DNA of 64,000 nucleotides, from assembly GCA_016176685.1 (NCBI GenBank), contig JACOWS010000001.1:11577-75576 (forward strand), given 5' to 3'. The stretch is from Patescibacteria group bacterium. GTDB lineage: Bacteria > Patescibacteriota > Minisyncoccia > Phycocordibacterales > SBAW01. This document shows, piece after piece, positions 57,362-64,000 of this stretch. The position numbers were made by a program, and so were the translations under genes. Under the pieces are notes generated by a model that worked only from the letters and a program-made list of their open reading frames with translations, did not search any database and was not told where the DNA came from. Each line of letters starts with the position of its first letter. Positions within the stretch are counted from its first letter, which is position 1.

Positions 57362-58861
57362 TCAAAAAATAGGCTGGTTCTCGACTGTCCGGCACTTCTC
57401 TGCCTTACAGCCCAATAACTTAGCAAAGGCCCAGTGGAGAGGCGCGACCAAATCGGGCCTCGTTGCAGCCAGGTTAGTAAGCTGCTCAGGATCAGCGACA
57501 TTATCGTACAGCTCCCGTTCTGCTGTTGCCGGGTAGTAGACATACGTATACCGGTCGGTCCGGATGCCATGGAAGTCAGGTGCTGGATCAAGGGCAAGCA
57601 TAATGTGGTCAATCCAGGTCAGTGGGTTATTCAGCGGTTGGACTCGCCAATGGTGGAGTAAATACGAACGGCGCGGCCACACAAGTTTTGTATTGCCTAA
57701 GAGTGACGCGAATGAACGGCCGTCGACAAAACTTGGAGGTGTAACACCTGCGATAGTAGCCAGGGTTGGTGCAATATCAATATCGCCAACCAACGCCGAT
57801 ACCTTGGCTGATGGCTTAACGTTTGGGCCGCGGATGATGAGTGGCAAGTGAATATCTACTTCGTAGGCTGTCACTTTGGTTGGGGGCCAGAGTCGATGCT
57901 GCCCAATATGGAAGCCATTGTCCGAACTGAACACAATGTAGGTGTTCGCAAGCACGTTACGCACTTCGAGAGTTGTGATGAGACGCTCAATCCCTCGATC
58001 AACGGCTTGTAATGTACGTAGTCGATCTGCATACAATTTGTCGCCGGATGCAATTTTCGTCGCATTCAAGAGTGGCAGGTTGCGCACCCAGGCCGGTTTA
58101 TCTGAAATATCGGGTTCATTAAAACTTGGTGTGCGGGGCACCTGAGCGTTGGGAAATAAATTTTTATCTTGTTCTGAGGGAATTGCCGGTTGATGCGGTG
58201 GGTACAAGTTCAGGTGTAAAAAGAACGGTTGCGTTGAGCTGGCTGCGGTTGCAATAAACGACTCAGCTTTACCAATGTAAACATCCGTTCCGTAATCAGA
58301 CAGGCCGCTGCCATATTCTACCAGCTGGCCATTCTCATTCAGGGTATAATTGTATTCGTTATAAGGTGTACCAGCGACCGCGCTATACCATTGGTCCCAG
58401 CCGGGCGGAATGTAGGTTGGCGACTGACCTTCAGGATAGCCATTTAAGTACTTACCTATATAGCCAGTCCGGTAGCCAGCATCATGCAGCCAGGTCGCAA
58501 CCGTGGAATTTTCAATTTTGTTTGCTAAGGCTGCCGCGTACCCCCCATTGACGCCTGAGTTATTTTTGACACCGGTATTGTGAGCATATTGTCCTCGCAG
58601 TAGGCTGGCCCGCGAGGGGCAACAAGCGGCATAGCTTGCATAGTAATGGTCAAAACTCGTACCCTTAGCAACGAGTAGCCGTTGGAGGTTTGGCATCATC
58701 GCTATGTCTGCGTAGGCGAGGTCATCGGTCAGAATGAAAAGAATGTTAGGCCGATCTTCCATGGCCTCAGTCGAACTAGAAAAGTTGCCAGCGTAGGAAA
58801 GCGTGGTTAGGCCGACAACGACGATTAAGAGAACGAGACTATTTCGGCTTCGACCCTCCAT
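57362..58861 (-). CDS. secreted Cys-type sulfatase (GlcNAc-6-sulfatase-like)
   Basis: Signal anchor; PNILFILTDD, CCPSRASLL.G, GKYLN, SDNG.H.G. Confidence 0.92.
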   Translation of the reverse strand: MEGRSRNSLVLLIVVVGLTTLSYAGNFSSSTEAMEDRPNILFILTDDLAYADIAMMPNLQRLLVAKGTSFDHYYASYAACCPSRASLLRGQYAHNTGVKNNSGVNGGYAAALANKIENSTVATWLHDAGYRTGYIGKYLNGYPEGQSPTYIPPGWDQWYSAVAGTPYNEYNYTLNENGQLVEYGSGLSDYGTDVYIGKAESFIATAASSTQPFFLHLNLYPPHQPAIPSEQDKNLFPNAQVPRTPSFNEPDISDKPAWVRNLPLLNATKIASGDKLYADRLRTLQAVDRGIERLITTLEVRNVLANTYIVFSSDNGFHIGQHRLWPPTKVTAYEVDIHLPLIIRGPNVKPSAKVSALVGDIDIAPTLATIAGVTPPSFVDGRSFASLLGNTKLVWPRRSYLLHHWRVQPLNNPLTWIDHIMLALDPAPDFHGIRTDRYTYVYYPATAERELYDNVADPEQLTNLAATRPDLVAPLHWAFAKLLGCKAEKCRTVENQPIF

Positions 58862-58926
58862 GATTATTTTTTTGGAACTGCGTTTTTAACCAATCGTTAT
58901 TCTTAATTCAGACCTTGTATCTACTC

Positions 58927-59013
58927 TGGTGCCCGGGAGAGGACTCGAACCTCCACGCCCTTGCGGGCTTATCCACCTCAAGGATAAATGTCTACCAATT
59001 TCAACACCCGGGC
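58927..59013 (-). tRNA. tRNA-Leu(GAG)
   Basis: Long variable arm, anticodon loop TTGAGGT, encoded CCA. Confidence 0.93.
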
Positions 59014-59092
59014 ATTATAAATGCCATCCTACTATACGAAGCATTTACTCTATTTTCAAGAGTTCCAAGTATAAATACTAAAAAGCTGCTTG

Positions 59093-59569
59093 CTACTCTG
59101 CGGCAACCTCCTCTTTGTGTGCGGCCGGGGTGGTCACCACATCTTCCTCTGCTACTACGGCGACCGCCGGCTCAACTGCACGCGACTTGCGCATCTGGTG
59201 GCGCACCTCTTTGGCCGCCTTGCGGCGAACAAAGTACAGTTTTGCGCGGCGGGTGCGCGCGCGGCGCAGCACCTCTATAGAGTCAATGGTGGGCGAGTAG
59301 AGCGGAAATATTTTTTCCACCCCTACCCCGCTGGCAACCTTGCGCACGGTAACCATGGCGCCCGGCTCGGTGCCGTGTTTGACCGCCAAAACCAAACCCT
59401 CAAAGGCCTGGCGGCGGACATTTTTAGTCTCCACCTCCTTCTTGTTGGCTGCTTTGCCTATTTTGATTTCTTCAATTTTTTGCCATACGCGCACGGTGTC
59501 GCCCGCGCGCACCCCAAGGGCCGCGCGCTCTTTCATATCGACTGGCGATGTCGTAATTCCCGATTTCAT
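59093..59569 (-). CDS. rplS: 50S ribosomal protein bL19
   Basis: GDTVRV, Q.FEG.V, TVRK...GVGVE..FP..SP, RRAKLY. Confidence 0.96.
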   Translation of the reverse strand: MKSGITTSPVDMKERAALGVRAGDTVRVWQKIEEIKIGKAANKKEVETKNVRRQAFEGLVLAVKHGTEPGAMVTVRKVASGVGVEKIFPLYSPTIDSIEVLRRARTRRAKLYFVRRKAAKEVRHQMRKSRAVEPAVAVVAEEDVVTTPAAHKEEVAAE

Positions 59570-59631
59570 GCAAAAAGACTGTACCACAGGAAGCCCTCAA
59601 CTCCAAGGCGACGCCTTGAGAGCCCTTTGAC

Positions 59632-60297
59632 TTAAGGCGTCGCCCTTAGTGCTTGTTCCGCCGCCGCGAAGTCCGGCGGCAGAGGCGCGGTAAAGGTCAT
59701 TTCTTTGCCGTCGGGGGCCACAAAGGAAAGATGCAGCGCGTGGAGCGCCAGGCGCGAAAAGCCAAAGAGCGCCGGGCGGCCGGGCGCGTAGAGAGCGTCG
59801 CCCACCACCGGGTGCTGCATTGCAGAAAAATGCACTCGTATCTGGTGCGTGCGCCCGGTCTGCGGAAATACTTCGACGTACGAGGCCTCGGCTCCTTTGG
59901 CAAGCACGCGGTACGCGGTGAGCGCGTCGCGCAACACCCCGTAGGGCGAGCGCGCCGAGCGCGGCCCCCTGCCCCCGCGCGCGCTGCCAACCGGCTTGTC
60001 TATGATGCCGCGCTCATCTTTGAGCGGGCCGTATACAAACGCGCGGTATACTTTTTTTACTTCCCTGTTTTTAAATTGCGCTTTCAAAAACTCGGCAGCC
60101 GCTTTTGTTTTCGCCACAACCAAGGCACCGCTCGTTTCCCTGTCGATGCGGTGGACAATATATATTTCCCCATATTTTTTTCTGAGCCACGCATCGAGCG
60201 CCGGGTAGTCGTGCACGCCATCCGGATGTACAATCATCCCCGCGGGTTTGTCTACCACCACCATGTCTCGGTCCTCAAACAAAATTGTTGGCTCCAT
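59632..60297 (-). CDS. RluA family pseudouridine synthase
   Basis: KPAG, HRIDRETSG, TGRTHQIRVH, GD..Y, LHA; start set at MEPTI. Confidence 0.95.
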   Translation of the reverse strand: MEPTILFEDRDMVVVDKPAGMIVHPDGVHDYPALDAWLRKKYGEIYIVHRIDRETSGALVVAKTKAAAEFLKAQFKNREVKKVYRAFVYGPLKDERGIIDKPVGSARGGRGPRSARSPYGVLRDALTAYRVLAKGAEASYVEVFPQTGRTHQIRVHFSAMQHPVVGDALYAPGRPALFGFSRLALHALHLSFVAPDGKEMTFTAPLPPDFAAAEQALRATP

Positions 60298-60449
60298 GTT
60301 GATGGTTATAACACAAGTGGCCACAAGTCGACTTTGCTCGTCAGCAAAGTCGCTCGCGACCCCGGCTCGCGGTTTTGCAAATGCAAAACATCGCTGTGCC
60401 CTGCACAAAAGACAGAAAACCTGCCGCAGGGCAGGTATTCTGTCTTTTG

Positions 60450-60522
60450 TGCACGCTGCAGGGCTCGAACCTGCGACCTACTCGGTGTAAACGAGTTGCT
60501 CTACCAACTGAGCTAAGCGTGC
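60450..60522 (-). tRNA. tRNA-Val(TAC)
   Basis: Cloverleaf; ACTCG-TTTACAC-CGAGT anticodon arm. Confidence 0.93.
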
Positions 60523-60737
60523 GTGCCCCGTCTCGGTCTCGAACCTGTGCCAGTGAGACACCGTAAGGACCGTTTAGAGAATTTTAGTGTAGCAGAGTTA
60601 GGCCTCTCGGTCAGGGCTCCGATACTTGACAAAAGTAAGTATAAGGTGTATTATTTACAAACCATCGCTTCGTTCTTCTTCAGTAGGTATGCGGGTTGCG
60701 ATGGTCCCGCGGATCCTACGAAAAAGGAGAGACTACC

Positions 60738-61094
60738 ATGCGTGAATTGATTCTCTGCCGCCCCGAACATGGCGGCAGCTGCCATCTGAATGAGGTCATG
60801 GACGACATGGTCAAACTCGCATCCAGACGCCTCAAGATCTATTACACATATGTCAGACTTGGACCCACGCGGTTCATTCTGCACACGACCTCGAAAGACA
60901 CTTATCTCAAGCTCGGACTCTTTTCCGAGAACGGCTTGCAGAATCTCGTGAACCTATTCGAGGAAGAGTTCGAAAAGGGCAAGTGCAACGAAATGCTCGT
61001 TGCCGAACCCGACAAGAATGGAGGACTGGTGGTGACCAGAATGATCAACGACATCAAGGACATCGTCACCTTTCACCTCTCTCCCGCCCACTAA
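60738..61094 (+). CDS. orphan hypothetical protein (118 aa)
   Basis: Promoter TTGACA-17-TATTAT (60626-60654), AAGGAG SD, terminator at 61113-61143. Confidence 0.75.
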   Translation: MRELILCRPEHGGSCHLNEVMDDMVKLASRRLKIYYTYVRLGPTRFILHTTSKDTYLKLGLFSENGLQNLVNLFEEEFEKGKCNEMLVAEPDKNGGLVVTRMINDIKDIVTFHLSPAH

Positions 61095-61203
61095 GCGCTG
61101 ACGCGCTTTCGCCCGCCCCAGTTTTCCGTACTGGGGCGGTTTGCTATTTGACTTCACAAAATAACTGTTACAACGAAGCGTCTCGGTCTATCTCACTACC
61201 ATG

Positions 61204-61275
61204 TGCCCCCGCGAGGAATCGAACCTCGATCTAGAGCTTAGAAGTCTCCTGTTCTGTCCGTTGAACTACAGGGGC
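61204..61275 (-). tRNA. tRNA-Arg(TCT)
   Basis: Cloverleaf, anticodon loop CTTCTAA; one A.G mismatch in the anticodon stem. Confidence 0.85.
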
Positions 61276-61901
61276 CTAGTCCATAGGCTTACGGCCGAGG
61301 GCAATAGGTGGAAGTGCACCATACCATAGTATACGGCTATTGCGAGAATGATAAGGGTAAACACTATAAGGTAGCGCTTCATAAGGGCGAGCGCCTGCAT
61401 GCCAAAGCGGTGCGTGAGATATACCACCAGCGAGATGCGCACCGCCCGCCCAACAAAAAACCCGACGATAAACGGCGGGAAAGAAACGCCCAAAAAGCCG
61501 GCGGCAAGTACCACCACCTTTTCCGGTATCAGAGAAAAGGCTATCAAAACCATGGTGAGAAACACCTTGTCTTGAAATAGCGCCTGCGTGCGCTCAAAAA
61601 CCTCGCCTAAGTGATAAAAATTGATGAGCGGCAGGCCGAGCTGGTTAAACAGTAAAAGCCCGACCAAGTAGCCGAGCCCCGCGCCTAAAACCGAAAACGG
61701 TATGGCAGTTGCAAGGTAGGTTTTCCACCGCGCGGGGTGCGCCAAGACAAGCGCGGTGAGGTAAATTTCCGGCGCAATGGGAAAAAAAATAGGGTCAGTG
61801 ATGGCGCAAAACGCCAACCAAAAAACAGCGTGCGGCCCCTGCGCAAGCAAAATAAACTTCTGCCACTGCACTTCCCACCACGCGAGTAGCCGCAGGCGCA
61901 T
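61266..61901 (-). CDS. YqaA/DedA family membrane protein
   Basis: FFPI.PE, S.LG...GY..G, F....GR..R motifs. Confidence 0.85.
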   Translation of the reverse strand: MRLRLLAWWEVQWQKFILLAQGPHAVFWLAFCAITDPIFFPIAPEIYLTALVLAHPARWKTYLATAIPFSVLGAGLGYLVGLLLFNQLGLPLINFYHLGEVFERTQALFQDKVFLTMVLIAFSLIPEKVVVLAAGFLGVSFPPFIVGFFVGRAVRISLVVYLTHRFGMQALALMKRYLIVFTLIILAIAVYYGMVHFHLLPSAVSLWTRPL

Positions 61902-61903
61902 AC

Positions 61904-62233
61904 CTAATGGGCGCGGCTCCCCGGCTCCCCTTTGGTCTCAAGCAATGCAAATGGCAACTCTCCGTCTCCGCCGACCGCAAGTATCATCGCCTGGCTCTCG
62001 AGCCCCATCATCTCTCGCGGTGATAAGTTGGTTATAAATGGGCACTTCTTCCCTACCAAAGTCTCCGGCTCAGGGAAATACTTGGCTATGCCCGAGAGCA
62101 CTTGGCGCTCTTCAGAGCCAAAATTTACACGCAATTTAAGGAGCTTGTCGCTCCCCTCTATTTTTTCGGCGCTCTTAATTTCGCCTATGCGGATTTCTAC
62201 CTTTTTAAGGTCGTCTATGCTAATTTGCTCCAT
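61904..62233 (-). CDS. stand-alone tRNA-binding OB-fold protein (MetRS C-domain/Trbp111-like)
   Basis: DKLL.L.V..G...RQ..SGI, NL.PR.M.G.ESQ.MIL. Confidence 0.9.
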   Translation of the reverse strand: MEQISIDDLKKVEIRIGEIKSAEKIEGSDKLLKLRVNFGSEERQVLSGIAKYFPEPETLVGKKCPFITNLSPREMMGLESQAMILAVGGDGELPFALLETKGEPGSRAH

Positions 62234-62612
62234 GGTGTTTCATTTTGTCTAAATATGACTGCAAAATCAATGCGGCGGCGGATGCGTCGAGGCTTTTGCT
62301 CTCACCCTCCCGTGCAGCAGCGGCGCTGGTCATAAACTCCGGCTCGTATACCACCGGCACCTGTGCAAGCTCGGCGATGTCTTTTTTAAACTGCTCAATA
62401 TCTTCCATCAGCAAGTTTGGCTCGTTTTTAAAGTTGCGCGACTCACCAATGACGACGCTCTCCACCTTGTGTTTGCGCACAAGGTCGGAAACTTCCTGCA
62501 GCGCTTTGGGCCCCGCCGCTACAGTAGCAAGTGGAAAGGCAAGAACCCCCGTGTCGTCGGAAACGGCGACCCCGATGCGCTTGGTGCCGTAGTCTATACC
62601 TAAATATTTCAT
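62220..62612 (-). CDS. ruvX: YqgF/RuvX family nuclease
   Basis: LGIDYG.KRIGVAVSD, E..TS, D..AA.LILQ.YL. Confidence 0.93.
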   Translation of the reverse strand: MKYLGIDYGTKRIGVAVSDDTGVLAFPLATVAAGPKALQEVSDLVRKHKVESVVIGESRNFKNEPNLLMEDIEQFKKDIAELAQVPVVYEPEFMTSAAAAREGESKSLDASAAALILQSYLDKMKHHGAN

Positions 62613-62634
62613 GACGGTGACGATAGATTATTTA

Positions 62635-63057
62635 TTATGCATCCCAAAAATTCTTACCGGTTTTATGAGCTTCAAAGTATGTTGGAATCGTATTGAAAAG
62701 AGGTTCGGGCAATTTATCCATTTCGTACCAATCCCATCGTTCGATTTTGTCAGGCTCCATAATTTGCGGCTCGCCGCTTTTCCAATCAGCAATCAAACCA
62801 ATATCAACGTAGTGTTTTGGAGCGTAGTATTTCAAGTTAAGGAGACGTAAAAAGCGAATATTTTCAATCTCCATTCCTGTTTCTTCTTTAACTTCGCGTT
62901 TCGCACAACCTTCAAATGACTCCATATATTCCATGTGCCCACCCGGCCATGCATATTCGCCAGCACCATGTGAGCCCTTTCTTTTACCCAAAAGAACCTG
63001 GCCGTCTTTGACGATCATGACACCGATACCTACTTTTGGTCTTTGTTCTTGTTCCAT
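62635..63057 (-). CDS. NUDIX hydrolase (MutT/NUDT15-like)
   Basis: PGGH.E..E....CA.REV.EETG Nudix box; MEPDK...W.W. Confidence 0.93.
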   Translation of the reverse strand: MEQEQRPKVGIGVMIVKDGQVLLGKRKGSHGAGEYAWPGGHMEYMESFEGCAKREVKEETGMEIENIRFLRLLNLKYYAPKHYVDIGLIADWKSGEPQIMEPDKIERWDWYEMDKLPEPLFNTIPTYFEAHKTGKNFWDA

Positions 63058-63223
63058 AGTTCGAACTCTTTCATGGTTCTTCTATTTTATCACTTTTTAA
63101 CTAAAGAAAAAATACTCCGAGAGGGATCACTTCTCGGAGTATTGCGTGTCTGCCACCAATATAGACAACCTCCCGTCTCTTTGTTATCGTGGGAGCGGAT
63201 TAGTCACTCGTGAGGAACAAAAC

Positions 63224-63634
63224 ATGGCTATGGGCAGGATGACTCTCACTGACTTCACAAGGTACCTCGTTTTCCTGTTGCAAAAGGACAATGCCGCGGT
63301 ACCGTGCAAAGACCAGCGTTTGTGGCACACACTGATGTATCAATTGAAAGAAGAAGCCGCCAACACCAGTGCACCGGCATGCGTGCAGGAGCTGTGGTTT
63401 GATTCTGACGATTCGTATCACAAATCGCCGGATGTCGCCCGCGTACTGCTGGCATTAAGTACCACAGGCGTGATTGAAGGTACCAGACAGCGGTACGAGG
63501 AGTGCAGATTGTCGGCTGTTGCAGCGGCAGCGCTGCAACGATACTTTTATGCTCTTGATGCGCCCACCAGGGAGTACCTGGAGGCGGCGGCTGTCAGGAC
63601 AAGAAAGAGGATCGAAGCGGCAAGCACTACGTAG
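63224..63634 (+). CDS. orphan hypothetical protein, possibly winged-helix
   Basis: GAGG SD, promoter-like TAGACA-17-TATCGT, terminator at 63663-63694. Confidence 0.65.
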   Translation: MAMGRMTLTDFTRYLVFLLQKDNAAVPCKDQRLWHTLMYQLKEEAANTSAPACVQELWFDSDDSYHKSPDVARVLLALSTTGVIEGTRQRYEECRLSAVAAAALQRYFYALDAPTREYLEAAAVRTRKRIEAASTT

Positions 63635-63725
63635 CCGCAACTTATGTTGAAATCACATTTTCAACCCGCGTCAAAGGCGCGGGTTTCTTGTTTTCATACA
63701 TAGTGATGTAACATAGCAACATGAG

Positions 63726-63810
63726 GGAGGGGTGGCAGAGAGGTCTAATGCACCGCACTTGAAATGCGGCGTACCGCAAGGTACCGTGAGTTCGAATCTC
63801 ACCCCCTCCG
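63726..63810 (+). tRNA. tRNA-Ser(TGA)
   Basis: GGAGGGG/CCCCTCC acceptor stem, long variable arm, anticodon loop CTTGAAA. Confidence 0.94.
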
Positions 63811-63889
63811 CCTTCGCTCGCCGAAGCGGCGAGCTACGGCGGACACAGTCCGCCGTTAGCGAACCGCGAAGGAGAGATTCGCCAAAATT

Positions 63890-64000
63890 ATGTATTACGT
63901 CTACATTCTGAAATGCGCTGATGGAAAACCGTACACTGGTTGTACGGAAAACTTGGAAGAAAGATTAGAACGGCACAATAAAGGTTATGTTCCAGCTACA
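63890..64000 (+). CDS. GIY-YIG nuclease (partial, runs off the window end)
   Basis: MYYVYILKCADGKPYTGCTENLEERLERHNKG. Confidence 0.88.
   Translation, partial: MYYVYILKCADGKPYTGCTENLEERLERHNKGYVPAT

Noticed and set aside
59653-60516. Long antisense ORFs (287 aa here; also 1542-2273, 2976-3674, 44185-45021, 56466-57233)
   Set aside because: Shadows of well-supported genes on the opposite strand.

Overview
A 64-kb stretch of a reduced bacterial chromosome whose gene content and style fit Patescibacteria/CPR, most likely Parcubacteria (inference from AT-rich, mostly SD-less housekeeping starts, alpha2-type GlyRS, type-2 IleRS and typical CPR hypotheticals). Most genes are on the minus strand. 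It carries an unlinked rRNA set (23S-5S about 10 kb from the 16S, each with its own promoter), a group I intron in the 23S, four tRNAs, translation/secretion/repair genes (secDF, secE-nusG-rplK, rplJL, rpsF-ssb-rpsR, efp, metG, glyQS, ileS, argS, ftsK, recA, recO), a thymidylate-cycle cluster, a large S-layer-like protein, homospermidine synthase, a sulfatase and a REP-associated tyrosine transposase. The most unusual signals are: (i) two 73-nt elements with a shared 27-nt core flanked by perfect 23-bp inverted arms of unrelated sequence, one in-frame inside argS; (ii) a 23S group I intron that carries a non-endonuclease ORF and an inverted copy of its own 5' splice junction; (iii) several families of short palindromes in rRNA, leaders and coding frames; (iv) DNA-binding-protein genes studded with repeated motifs; and (v) SD-led orphan mini-cassettes. 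Product calls come from motif recognition by eye, no database search was run, and some start codons were moved to the more plausible downstream ATG.
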